64,000 bases of DNA, taken from Lytechinus pictus (lineage: Eukaryota). The position numbers and the translations under genes are program-made. Positions 25,601 to 37,228 of the stretch are shown in pieces. Position 1 is the first letter of the stretch. Each line of letters begins with the position of its first letter. Location: the NCBI RefSeq assembly GCF_037042905.1, contig NC_087252.1:7006001-7070000 (forward strand), read 5' to 3'. Below the pieces are notes generated by a model. The model did not search any database and had not been told where the DNA came from. It saw only the letters and a program-made list of their open reading frames with translations.

Positions 25601-28600
25601 ATCGTCGTTAAGAGATAGTACATAACAATATTGAAGAATGCACAGGCACAGTGACTACTTCCTGATATAAACTCGTCAAAAAAAGTTTGGAAATCTGACT
25701 TTGATCGATAATTGTTCCTCGGTTTTAGTTTATATTAATGTGTAATATATACTAATCAATAGATCATTTAATTCTCTTTAAAATTATACCCTACATGATG
25801 TGATTGTGGTTCACACGGAGGTACAGTGCCTTGAAATGTGGGGGCAAGGTCAAAATTCAAAAGTTGCAAAATTACACAATATTGAAACTCACTGTTCTTT
25901 TTATCCGTGATGATGAGTGAGTTATTCAGCGTTTTTTTTTTCATGCACCTTAACATCAACATTAATATGGAATCAAACACACATCTGCACAAGCAAACAC
26001 ATAACAAACAAGCATACATGCATGGGTATTTCAAAACACGACTCAAACTATGTTATCTCACAGAACCATGCATGACTACATAAACCAAAACAAAACATCA
26101 ATAATGAAGAAATAGGGGCTTGATTTGAATGGATTTTCATCTCTTTTGACACATAAAAAAAGAATAATGTTCTTTAATGACCCTTCGTGATTATTTCTGC
26201 TCCTTTTGCAGCTTTTCAATTCAGACCTCATCCAAAACTTTTGATTAATGTTCTTTTCGTTATGGCATGATCATAACAAGCATGGTATCAATTTAAATGA
26301 TCTTTTGAATGATATCAAATATACATTGTGTGAAATTGGGATAAATTAATGGCCAAACTCAAATTTCCTAACTTTTTGAAGGGTATATTTAGAAATGTAA
26401 TCATGCTTACTATATATCAATCACTATGGCTTTTGTAGTGCACAATCTTTTCGCCAAATATCTATGCTCCAGGCTTGATGACAATCCCCTCGTTTGATTT
26501 GCCCCATGCAGTGAGTAACTTGTCTGCCTTCACACAAACCATATGTATAATATGAAATTTTAACAAAAGGCGTAACCTTAACTTTCTTTGATTGTATATA
26601 CAAAGACAAGGGAGAAGCAAGTAATTCTTAAAATAATAGGAGCATTTTGGGGGTATCACCCGCCCACCCCCTCTAAATCTAAAATTTTATATATTCAATT
26701 CTATATCAAGGTAATGAACCAAATTTCGACAACTAACGTCCACATATGGGGTACATTCTGATGGTTTCATTATTTTTCATTATTTGTTGATAAATTTTCA
26801 GCTCGTGCACTTTGCTTTCTCAAATAACATCAAGTGGGGAAGTGACTTTTGGTGCTCAATAGCCCACACTTATTCAATTCAGCATTTATTTCGAATTCAT
26901 TAAAAATACAAGTTGATATCATGATCATGTACACACAAAATCAGTGCCACTACTTTTTGGACATACTGGACCACTGTCATTTTTACTTGTCCCAATGTAT
27001 TACTTGACCTTTCAAACCTTAGTTTAAATACCACAATCTTATCTCTCAGGTGGATTTTTAACGAAGTATGTCAATTTTCTTAGTATCAGCAGTAAATTTA
27101 GACTACATTTTTGAAGCCATCTTGGATTTTTGGACACACTGGACCACTGACTGTCTTTTTTAACTTGTCCTCATGTATTATTTTACCCTTCAAACCAACA
27201 GCAAAATCATATTTTCCCAGGTAGATATCAAATGGACGATGTCTATTTGCGGTCATTCATTTTAGAATCCATTTTTGAAGCCATCTTTTTGGACATACTT
27301 GACCGCTGGAATTGAGGTAATAGTTGAATTGTGGATTATAGGGCTTTGTCAGCCATTTTGGACGCCATTTTTTTATTTTTTAGGTACCAGCTGGTCTACA
27401 TGTTTTTGCTCAATTGTCTTTTTTTTTCTTTTACCCCTGTTACCCATTTAAACCATGAAATATGCACCGAAATTTGGAAGTTTAGTGTGCAAAGTGTGTT
27501 ACATCTTGTAACCGGAAATTTCCGTTTCTTAAACTTATTTTGGCTTAACGCTCTTTTCCTATTTATCATTATTCATCACAAATATAGGAAGGTCGCAATA
27601 TGTAGCTGGATACGTTATGAGGGCAACATCTATTGTTTCGATTATATTCTTATTCAATTGTTTATTACATTTTTAACTAACACATGAAGAAATAAATAGT
27701 CAGTAATTTCCATATGAAAACTTTTGGGGACTATAGCGCACGAGACCTTTTTTTTTTCACATTCGTAATTTCTAACCCCCATCCCCCCCCCCCTACTCAC
27801 ACGCACTAGGCAGAATATTAGTGTACACCACAGAACACTTGACTGGTCAATACCGAATATGTACCTGAATTCGTCTTTTTGAATAGCCACACCACCCCCA
27901 CCCCTTGAATTGAAAAAAAAATTGATGTAATAAATAGGGACATGAATAAACTTTTTATTTAGTATTATTTCGTATTTACGACTGGTGTTATTCGTTAAGG
28001 TGTATTAGGTGCATATTAATAAAATGATATTACCAAAAATGTGTTTAGAAAATCAAACTGACATTGTCACCAAGAATAAACAATAAATAACCCAAAACAG
28101 ATGAAAGAATGATACAAGTACAAAATTGGGTGAAGGAAAAGAAGATTATCAAAGGTCAACATACCCTCCGTTGGATTCGAGGTTTGATCGTCTATTTCAG
28201 TTGGCGTTCCTTTCAAATAAGTTCGATCAAAGAAAACAAATATTGGAAAGTGTTACATGTATGTCTGAAAATTGATAAATTTCATCAACTAATATCAAAC
28301 TAAACAGTTTTTTTCCCTGATGAGTTCATGATTAGTTTATGATATTGTAAGTTTTTCATCATATTGTTTTGTTGACCCCCCAAAAAATAAAATGCAAAAC
28401 CAAATCTAAATAAAGTTGAAAAATATAATGAGTTCGATCAAAGAAAAAGAAATATTTGAAAGTGTTACAGGTAAGTCTGCTAAACTTGGGTGAAAATTGA
28501 TAAAGTTCATCAACTAATATCAAACTAAACAGTTTTCCCCTAAGTTCATGATAAATTTATGATATTGTAAGTTTTTCATTATATTGTTTTTATATTTGGT

Positions 28601-31600
28601 CTTTGTTGACCCAATAAAACAAATAAATACAAAAATAGATATAAATAAAGTTGAAAAATATAACCCTGGTTTACATCAGTAATTACATTTCCAATGTAGT
28701 GTCTAAAACAAAGCATAATACACCATAGTGTTTTACGGTGATTAACTGACGACGTTATCATGATTATGATACATAGTCAATGGCATATTGTACACGTTTC
28801 TTTCACCTCAATCCCAAATAAAGACATGGCTTCTCCTTGATACCATTTTGAAGTTCATGTGTATAATATCAATTGAGTAATTATTTTGAGGAGGTGAAAA
28901 AGAGGATATGACCATCTGCACAATGTAATTTGAACTGAATGATGATTCTACGCACTGTTTGAAGACATTGAAATTTGTGAGATACTTCCTATTTTTGTGC
29001 AAGCGCCGTGAGCGTCTAGTTGTGGCGGATACCGGCGCTATTTTAATACAAGAACTCATCATCATCATCTATAACAACAAATAAAATGTTGCTTATAATT
29101 CACAATTTCGCGCAAATTTGTTATAAAAGGATTAAAGTAGGCCTACATACCAGTTGTCGGGGAAGGATTGGTGGTTCCTGATATTGAAAACAACAATAAT
29201 GTATTTAAAAAAAAATAAAGAGTTATAATTAGAATAATAATTTTTACATGAAAAAAAAAATAAATCTCCATCGTCTCCCAGTGAATGTAAGATATTTGAC
29301 AAGAAATTAGCACACCTCACAACCTTTCTGTATGCCGCCATCGGGTCTTTGTGGTTACATTGCTCACTGAGTTTGGGGAAGGTGTGAAATGGTTTGTAGA
29401 AAACCACAATCAAAATTTCCATGTTGATATTTGAAATGGCAATTTCTCATTTTTATTAGAAAATAGATAACAAATGGAAAAAATGGGATAGGGTTAATTT
29501 GATTGCTCTTTCTTCGCATTGTATATATGTACTAGCTTTCAAACAAAATGAGCCTCATGAATGCTTGTTATTGTCATCATTTTGTTTATCTCTTTTGTCT
29601 CTTTTGTATTTTTTTGGGGGGGGGCGAGGGGTCTATACAAAGGCAATTTCATCTACATACATGACATACACATACAAGTCACTTATACACTTTAATGCAC
29701 AGCCAAAAACACAAGCGTGACCCACCCCCGCAAACCCTCACACACACTCATGTGCGCGCACACATCCTTGAACTAAAGGCTGGTTTCTGGATATATAAAA
29801 CAATCGGCAACAAATTACATCCTGCATCTCCTGACCGACAGAAGGAAGGGGCTTCGGGGCTATAAGAAAATATGAAACCTGCGGGGTCACAAGAAGAAAA
29901 TCCTTAAAGGACAAGTCCACCCCAAGAATAAGTTGATTTGAATAAAAAGATAAAAATCCAACAAGCATAGCACTGAAAATTTCATCAAAATCAGATGTAA
30001 AATAAGAAAGTTATGACATTTCAAAGTTTCGCTTAATTTCACAAAACAGTAATATGCACATCCTGGCTGGTATGCAAATGTAGGAACTGATGACATCACT
30101 CACTCACTATTTCTTTTGTATTTTATTTTATGAAATATGAAATATTCTAATTTTCTCCTCATTGTCAAGTGATACAACGATTGATTCCTCCCTGAACATG
30201 TGGAATTAGCATTGTTTAATACTATATGGTTTAGTCAAGTTGGTCCTTATTGTCAAATCTATATACAAAATGAAAAATTGTATAATTCAAACAATAACAA
30301 AACAAAAGAAATAGTGAGTGATGGACATCATCGACTGACTCACATAGTTGTGCATATCACTGTTTTGTGAAAAATAAGCGAAACTTTACAAATGTCATAA
30401 CTTTCTTATTTTACATCCGATTTTGATGAAATTTTCAGCACTATCCTAGATTGATTTTTCTTTATTTTTCAGGTCAACATTTTCCTGGGGTGGACTTGAC
30501 CTTTAACAAGAACAAGCTTATCACATGGAAAGGTTGATATCGTGAGCTTTATAAAAGCGACAACAAAGACAGATTTTTAGGGTAATGACAAGAATAAGAA
30601 TTTTGAAGGTATATTTTCTTACTTATTGGGTCATATGTAACTGCTGCACTAAGTGATGTATTTCCAAGGTAATTACCAGCCATACACGTGTACGTTATTC
30701 CAACTTCAGGATTTGAAGTAGTGATATCATTCACACTATTAATTGATTCATGTATCAGGGTACCATTAGAGAATATATAGTAGTTTCTCATTATTGGAGT
30801 AGGTTCATTATGTGCGGTACATGTTACTCTGATGTCTGTTCTATCGGTTATATAATCAACAGTGACAGTAGTACCAGCAGTAGATGGAGAGGCTATAGGT
30901 TGGAAAAGAAAAACAATCACAATGAAATAATAAATAACAGAAAGCTGCCTTCCAATTAATATATCATTGTATGATACCAACTCTCAATTAAATCAGGAGA
31001 AATTCCAATACACGATCAAATAGGTTACCATATTGTTTAAAGTGGCATCCATTCCATAAAAAGTAGTTAAAGAGGAAAGAAAAAAAATCAGACGAGTAGA
31101 TAGTTGAACGTTTGGAGAAATGACGAACAATAAGGACGTTATGGGTTTTTAAAAGATTGGTTATCACTGTCCCCATGGATACTACGAATTGGCCGCAGTT
31201 GTGATTTCATATTTATATAAGGCAATGGCAACTTTCCATTCACTCCAATAAATGAAATTACTTTTTCTTTCAAAAGTTTTACTTCACATTATAATTTATT
31301 TTAAGGACATAACACAATATGCAACCTTTAATTCAGTATGACTACTGCCCCAGGTTGCATGTAAACGACTTTAAAAATTACTCTTCCTACTTACTATGAA
31401 TGTCTAAATCTCTTGATTCCTGACTTTCGAGCTCTGTAAGCTGATATCCAGTAGCGCGACATTCCAAAGTCTGTAAATGATTTTCTTGAGTTGCTGGGAA
31501 AGTGAACGTACTCATTGTATTAGATAATGGTGGATTAGATGGTGTTGGTGGGTGTGTTTGCACTATCGTCTTGCCATTGCCATTAGTCTGTTCAACACCA

Positions 31601-34600
31601 TTCAGATACCATGTGATGTTAACTTGTGGTTTGCTTCCAACAACTTCACATGTTGCTTCATACATATCCTCTTCACTGCTACTTACAAAACTTCTTACAG
31701 TTGGTCCAGTTAAAGTTCCTGGAGCTAAAATCAGAGAAAAATATTTACAAGTGACGATTTAGTAATACCCATTACTTTGGTTTATACCAACTTTTATATG
31801 GGACCCTGCAGAAAACAAGTGGAATACTAGTCTTAAAAATAACTAAATAATTATAGGAATAAAGAAAATTTTGACAGAATTAAAAGGTGATTTGTCGATT
31901 TTGAAAGACCACCGAATTATGATTTCATGTAAAATTAAGAAATGGGAAAATGGGGTCATAATATTATCAACAGCATCACATGTTGCTTCATACATATCCT
32001 CATGATTTACCAAGGTACTTATCAGTCAATGTCACACTTGGTGCAGCTAGAGAAAGAATAATGCAGGTTAATCCATTTACCATACATGATAATATCACTT
32101 ACCCTTTAGCTTATGTTTAGGAAAGGCCTCTAAATCTAAATCGTAGGTCCTAACTGAAATCAATAAAAATTACATTCGCATGAACTCACTTCGTAGCTTA
32201 TTTTTCAGTTTGCATGACTGGTATCAGATTAAATTTCTTCCTCTCTTTTTATAATTTCCTTTTCTTCTCTCTCTTTTTATACTCTCCCTCTTGCTCCCTC
32301 CCTTGATGTAAATAGCTACTGTAGATCCAGCGCAATTTTCAATTGTCTCTTATTTCATGTGTGTGTATTTATGCTGAGGTAGTATGAACTACCGATAAAA
32401 AAACATAGAATTTAAAAACTTAGAAATTTCGTCAAAATCGGACAAGGAATAACAAATGTATTAAATTTATAATTTCCCTATTTCGTCAACGTTCTATACA
32501 TGTCTTCATGAATATTCAAGGAGCAAACTGATGATGTCATATCCGCACCTGTTTTTTTTCTTTTACATGAAATTATGTTTTTCAAAGTTTGTCCTACGAT
32601 AACTAAAATTGATTTAGTGCATTAATTAGATATTCATCGCTGCAAATTATTTTATCATAAGGGATACATATCATATACACTCGTATCGAAATATGGAATA
32701 ATATACGATTATTTGTAATAAAATTAGAAAAAGGAAAGTGTGAATGTGACAAGGGTGACGAGACGTCCCGTACTTTAAGGGGCATTCTTTCATATCACAT
32801 ATTGTCCAGTGTCCCGTACGACGATGCCCGTGACGCCGTTTTGTCTCGTATTTCATGATTTTGAACACATTCAAGAGAGAATATTCTTGCATTTTACTTT
32901 GTTCTCTAAAGGGAAACTCACGATAAACAGATTTGTAAATCTTTTATGTATTATTTTTTTGAAAATTTCCGTGATACCTACTAAGTAGAGAAAGACTATG
33001 TAATCAGCAATAGATATGAACGAAGAGTGTGCGTTCATGCTCATATTATAGCCTTTCAAAAATGTGTATTCAATAATGGCCTTCATTCTAATTGGATTAG
33101 TGGCATAATGAACCGAACATGTAGAGGGACCACAACATAACTTAAGTGGGAAAATTCGGGCCTTTTTTGAAGGGCAATCTAATTTTGTGATATATCCAGA
33201 ATCATGTATATATTTCACCCCTTTCCCTTCCCTGTTTCCCCTTATGTTATTCATTTATTTATTTATTATTAATTTGTTCGTTTTCTTTGTATTGGATTCC
33301 CCCTCCCCTTCTGGGAGCACAAAATTCTCCCCATGTATACACCGGCAATTTCGATTTATTAAGTTGTGATATGATGGCATATTCAGCATCATCAACTTTT
33401 GCTTTTAAGAAAATAGCTAGGAAATATGGGAACACCTGTCTATCATTTTGAACATTTGTTTATATTTCTTTCCTTTTTTTCAGTACCAAATTTTGTACTG
33501 CCATATTTCATATTCCTAAAGTGGACTTAGCGAAACGAGCAAAACCAATGAGAGAAGGATTTTTTTTTGCAAATCCGAACAGAACAAAATTTGTATCCAA
33601 ATTTCAAAAGTCAAAATTTAATATTATGAACACGGAAACTCTCACGGAAAGGACAATACTAACAAACATTTATACACACATGCCTTATATTTTATATGAC
33701 CTGATTGCTTGTCTTTCCATACTCCTTTCCTATATTGTAATTCGGCAAAATTTAGACCAAAAGATGTGGTAGACAGGTAAATTGAAATTAAATCACATCT
33801 ATTCTCTTTGCGTTGTTTTTAAAGAAGCAGATAATGGATAAATTCATCAGAATTATTTGCGGTATCTCTGTAAATGAATCAAATCATGTGTCGATTACAG
33901 CATAAAACTAATCAACTACTCAACTCAAGACACCGGACATACTGAAACTTCCCGTCCTACACCAGTCCAAGTAAAATTAAATGAATGAACAGAGAGGTCC
34001 AACGGAACCATATTTTTTTCTCATTCCAAAAAAAAAAATCTTGAGAACATATTAATGAGGTTATTTTGTATAATTTAGAAATAGGGGCGACAGCCCGGCG
34101 AGGGAATTGGTATTTAATAATTAATAATTTACTATCGGACCAACTAATGTAGATAGTGAAGGGGCTTGGTGGATTCCGTATATTCTGAGGACTAGGGAGG
34201 AAATGGGAAAAGGAGAGAAAACTAAAGGAAAGGGTGAATTATATTATAGTTTTCTAAATTAAGGTGTCGAAATCTAGAACACAAAATTAGTTTTTTAATA
34301 AAATTTCATTGCAGTACCACTTCAATCATGTAAAGATATAACTTTGTTGCAGTACATTATATTGTTGACCACTTTATTATAAACATTGATCCTCCATGTT
34401 ATAACCTTGCTACTGTTACCACATATAGATATGAATATGGCATTGTCATTCCTCTGTCTTTGCATACTGCAAAATATTAATCCTATAAAGACTGTTATAA
34501 TATTGACTAAACACTTTATTATAATCATGCTACTGTAACCTTTATAATCTATTTGCATGTGTATGTATAAAAATTTCTTTATTTTTTAATACCAATGCAA

Positions 34601-36425
34601 AATACATCAATCATGTTAAGAGGTTTGTGCAGTTCTCACTCATTCAAATCACTTTGCTAGAACAATTTCATTGTTAAATTTACAGATATTATTTCATACT
34701 TACTAGCATTTTAAAATGCCAAATCATTTCAAATCATTTTCAATGTATTTGTTGTCTTTGTAACAATATGTTCACATGCAGACATGCAAGAGACGACTCT
34801 TTTTTACTTAAACTTGTACAGGCCCTTTCTATTCACACGAGTATTTTTAAAGTGTAATTCACAAGTAATTTCTTATCTGTTAATTCTTACTATAGCTCTA
34901 ATTTACTTTTCTCAATTGTCTTATTTCTCTTTCTTTCTTCACTTTTCTCCTTTTTTTCTCTTCTCATGCATTCTTTGATTCATGGATCTTATACATGATT
35001 TTATCTCGAGATCTAATCTATATCTTAATTTCAGTTGCTATTTTTTAATTTGTTTAATTTCCTCAATAAATTTGGTTATCAAATCGCTTAGGTTCTTAAT
35101 GTTGCTGATGTTCATTTGTATAAGGTTGTTGTGACAGTAGTTGAACATTATGTTGTTTTTTTTTCTTATGTCATCGTAAATTGAGTTTCCTTCAGTTGGT
35201 ATTTGGTCAGAATGTATGAAATATCGGAACCGAATATAGGCATGGGACTTATCATAAAATAAAAGGTTTACTCACTGTGTACTATATCAGACCCCTCCCC
35301 GCACAAACACTTACACAACACACACAGACACGCCCACCCTCACACACACACACACACACATACAAACAAATATGAATTCCTCGTTACGGGCCTGAAATGT
35401 GTTTGAATATATCCTTTTAAAATGTGGTTATTCACTACGTTTAATGCTGCATTAACTGCAAGGATTACAGTAAGAACAATTCCAAGCACTTAATAGCTTG
35501 TCCAGTTTCACACAAGATATGAACATCAAGTGTCATATAAAATTTGAACTCAAAACATGCTGTGCATTTTACTCACCTTCCACCACAAAGTCCAAACTGC
35601 CATCAGTACCCTGAATTTGACATATATAGACCCCATCATCTGTTACTTCTGCACTAGAAATTGTCATCACTGATTGTGTATTTGTCAGGGTAGTTACATC
35701 AAAGTTTCTGAACTTTTCATCATCAGTGATAGGGACTGTTCCAGCAAAGATACTTTCACCTGTACTATCATCTACCCATATAATTGCAGCTGCTGTTCCA
35801 CCTGTAATATCACATGTGAGTGTGACATCAGTCCCAGCTGCTGCAGGCGATAAACCGGTTACAGTTGCCGTTTGCCCATTGGTTCCTGGAATAAATCGGG
35901 TGAGAAGTAAACAAATTAATTAAGATTGTCTGGTATTTGTGGTAAAGTACCAAAATCGTTTTAGAAAACACAACATGTAGCCTCTCACAATGTATTGCTT
36001 TAAGGCTTTGGTTGCCAAATATTAACTTGTCAGCTCGAAAGTCTTTCCTAACTGACCTAACCAAGTAATAAAATTGACCGTTAGTTTAATGCAATTGTTC
36101 TTATAAATTCGAATTACTAAAAAGATTTTTTTTTTTCAGGTTATATTTTAAAGATTTATATGCCAAAGATTATTGTTTTAGGAGATAGGGCTGCCCAGCT
36201 AAAACTGAAAATGTTGAATATCACATTTGTAATCACAGACATTTTGAACTAATCTCTCATTTTGATTAGTGGCTGATCATTTAATCAACGACTCAGATAT
36301 AAGAATGAAATCACCTCATTTCGATTACTACTAATCTTTTAACTAATTTCAAGACAATTACCCATTACAAGCAGCAGAATAGCAATTCCACGTAATGAAT
36401 CCAGGCCAGCCATCGCCTTGGTCAT
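16580..36425 (-). CDS. Copy A: complete spliced gene for an Ig-domain receptor tyrosine pseudokinase (SP-IgV-Ig-Ig-stalk-TM-ITAM-like-pseudokinase), ~720-730 aa
   Basis: Hand-assembled exons, all GT-AG and phase-compatible, no internal stop: 36362-36425, 35577-35885, 31395-31724, 30623-30892, 29151-29177, (28165-28191), 23870-24007, 23230-23257, 22192-22262, 21219-21389, 20682-20786, 19983-20164, 19466-19570, 19045-19150, 18261-18357, 17271-17370, 16580-16639. Kinase motifs [46 protein letters not shown] and CW..EP..R..F. Confidence 0.88.
17271..17370 (-). CDS. Copy A kinase exon, subdomain XI
   Basis: YVVMTGCWDKEPQNRSNFDHILKSMDRILEKKH; GTAAGA donor. Confidence 0.92.
18261..18357 (-). CDS. 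Copy A kinase exon, subdomain X
   Basis: GARPYPNMTFSTVRTEVANGYQMPCPRHCAQEV, phase 1->2. Confidence 0.9.
19045..19150 (-). CDS. Copy A kinase exon, subdomains VIII-IX
   Basis: [35 protein letters not shown](G). Confidence 0.93.
19466..19570 (-). CDS. Copy A kinase exon, subdomains VIb-VII (degenerate catalytic loop)
   Basis: IIHGALCAHNVLLGERKQCKISDYGLSSSLLGDVA; TTCAG acceptor, GTAAGT donor. Confidence 0.92.
19983..20164 (-). CDS. Copy A kinase exon, subdomain V, kinase insert and VIa
   Basis: GSILYEFISGGTLLTHL...PTYSNL...LLNLAWQAAKGMQFLASKK; inside ORF 19944..20264. Confidence 0.92.
20180..20399. mobile_element. TA-flanked MITE with CAC...GTG ends and ACACC/GGTGT internal repeats
   Basis: CACATAAAAACTGTGGTGTTAA...TTAACACCGCAGTTTTTACAGTG; lies 15 nt from the start of exon 19983-20164. 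Confidence 0.75.
20682..20786 (-). CDS. Copy A kinase exon, subdomains III-IV
   Basis: DRVTKSLQVLQAIKVLYELSDQPNIVKCLGYCKEQ, matching the RTK HPNIV.LLG.C segment; 105 nt. Confidence 0.88.
21219..21389 (-). CDS. Copy A kinase exon, subdomains I-II
   Basis: AYTTLKLG...IARENVTF...[14 protein letters not shown]...LDVAIRQIP; 171 nt, phase 1-1. Confidence 0.9.
22192..22262 (-). CDS. Copy A juxtamembrane exon (SNEINIPQEVNDNVAYEMIQSGNR)
   Basis: TTTTACAG acceptor, G|GTGAGA donor, phase 2->1. Confidence 0.75.
22640..23200. repeat. Degenerate (GT)n-rich tract
   Basis: GT/GA-rich low complexity; explains the His/Thr-rich ORFs. Confidence 0.8.
23230..23257 (-). CDS. Copy A juxtamembrane microexon (EFHDSKNNK)
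   Basis: CTAG acceptor, AG|GTAAGT donor; its phase 1->2 is needed to put the next exon in frame. Confidence 0.7.
23870..24007 (-). CDS. Copy A transmembrane exon
   Basis: ETTPEPTPCPLSSGASAGIAILAILLVASIIVNIVQFILLRGKTKP: hydrophobic helix followed by basic stop-transfer residues; 138 nt, phase 1-1. Confidence 0.88.
24960..25190. repeat. Degenerate (AAT)n microsatellite
   Basis: ATA/ATG/AAC triplet run; explains the Ile-rich ORFs at 24904 and 24911. Confidence 0.85.
28165..28191 (-). CDS. Copy A candidate second 27-nt stalk microexon (DDQTSNPTE)
   Basis: ATAG acceptor with weak pyrimidine tract, G|GTATGT donor; same length and phase as 29151-29177. Confidence 0.45.
28219..28660 (+). repeat. 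Local tandem duplication, 2 x ~215-230 bp
   Basis: agttcgatcaaagaaaa...taaagttgaaaaatataa occurs at 28220 and again at 28431. Confidence 0.85.
28925..29070 (+). mobile_element. 3' tip of the same LINE family as 49948-51300
   Basis: ttgaactgaatgatgat...gcaagcgcc..gagcg...ggataccggcgcta...(CAT)n. Confidence 0.85.
29151..29177 (-). CDS. Copy A 27-nt stalk microexon (RTTNPSPTT)
   Basis: Pyrimidine-rich tract, TCAG acceptor, G|GTATGT donor, phase 1-1, Thr/Pro-rich. Confidence 0.7.
29908..30502. mobile_element. Full-length TTAA-flanked MITE (Kolobok-like)
   Basis: TTAA-AGGACAAGTCCACCCCA...TGGGGTGGACTTGACCT-TTAA with ~200-bp imperfect inverted arms. Confidence 0.9.
30623..30892 (-). CDS. Copy A exon, third Ig domain (I/C2-like, no core Trp)
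   Basis: 270 nt, phase 1-1. IRVTCTAHNEPTP...YYIFSNG...TYTCMAGNYLG; inside ORF 30549..30980. Confidence 0.88.
31395..31724 (-). CDS. Copy A exon, second Ig domain (C2-like, nectin/nephrin type)
   Basis: 330 nt, phase 1-1. ATCEVVGSKPQVNITWYLNG...STFTFPATQENHLQTLECRA; overlaps ORF 31387..31665. Confidence 0.9.
31965..32046 (-). pseudogene. Relic of a duplicated Ig2-type exon start
   Basis: TTCTTTCTCTAG acceptor, then AAPSVTLTD / frameshift / TLVNHEDMYEATCDAVD. GAGGATATGTATGAAGCAACATGTGA is identical to the live exon near 31647-31672. Confidence 0.65.
35577..35885 (-). CDS. Copy A exon, V-type Ig domain
   Basis: 309 nt, phase 1-1, CCAG|...|GTGAGT. VTLTCDITGGTAAAIIW...MTISSAEVTDDGVYICQ carries the Ig Cys, Trp and D-x-G-x-Y-x-C motif. 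Confidence 0.9.
36362..36425 (-). CDS. Copy A coding exon 1, signal peptide
   Basis: MTKAMAGLDSLRGIAILLLVM(G), phase-1 donor GTAATT; second in-frame ATG at 36413; conserved in copy B. Confidence 0.8.
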
Positions 36426-36498
36426 ATCTATGGTAAACAACATAAGGTTCTCTTCGTAAAAAGATTTGATTCTTGCTCATGGAATGTTTTGGCTTGTA

Positions 36499-36738
36499 CA
36501 CTGCAAAAACTCCGGTATTGATTTAACACCAACCCGGAAAAATTATGTCCACACCAGAGAAGTATTGAAACAACACCAGTTTGGAATCAAACAGATGCTG
36601 TTTCATTACTAATTGGTGTTGTATAAACACCTATTTGGTGTTAGACCAAAACGACACTGGTGTTGTTTAACACTTCTCTGGTGTCAACATATATAGATTA
36701 TGGGCTGGTGTTAAATCAACACCAGAGTTTTTGCAGTG
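36499..36738. mobile_element. CACTG-ended MITE in the 5' UTR of copy A
   Basis: CACTGCAAAAACTCCGGTATTGATTTAACACCA / TGGTGTTAAATCAACACCAGAGTTTTTGCAGTG; absent from copy B near 7930. Confidence 0.88.
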
Positions 36739-37228
36739 TTTCGACCGTCTGCGTTCATGGAGCGGGGATGATCACATTCTCCTGAGAAAACCGGCCGAGC
36801 TTTTCATGGAATGCTGTACTGAGTAGTCTCTTGTACCAATAGTTTATTTGTGTGTCCGTGTAAGTTTGAGTGAGGGTATTGAGGCCTACAGGTAAAGTGA
36901 GGGTGTGTGTAGACGCGTGTGTGTAATTGAGAAAGGAAAGAAGAAAAACATAATTATTTTTGAGCATTTTCATTTTATGGTTTAATTTATTTTCAATAGT
37001 CTCGGCGATGCATGTGCGGCGACCGGGTTGCGTTCCATGGAAACTATTATACTACTACTAGCAGTTTGCGATGGAAAGTCAGTTTTAAAGTAATTTGCTT
37101 CAGTTCACGTCAAATAAAAGACAAGAGAAAAGTAAAATATTGCTAGCTCACAACTTATTATAAAGTTTGCCCGATACGCCATATCTTGCCCCCTCAAAGT
37201 TGTTGAATCATTATGCCATCTCGCACAT

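Noticed and set aside
16580-36425. Naming the gene FGFR, PTK7 or Tie
   Set aside because: The kinase is only generically FGFR/Tie-like, and the ectodomain and catalytic substitutions match none of them; orthology needs a phylogeny.
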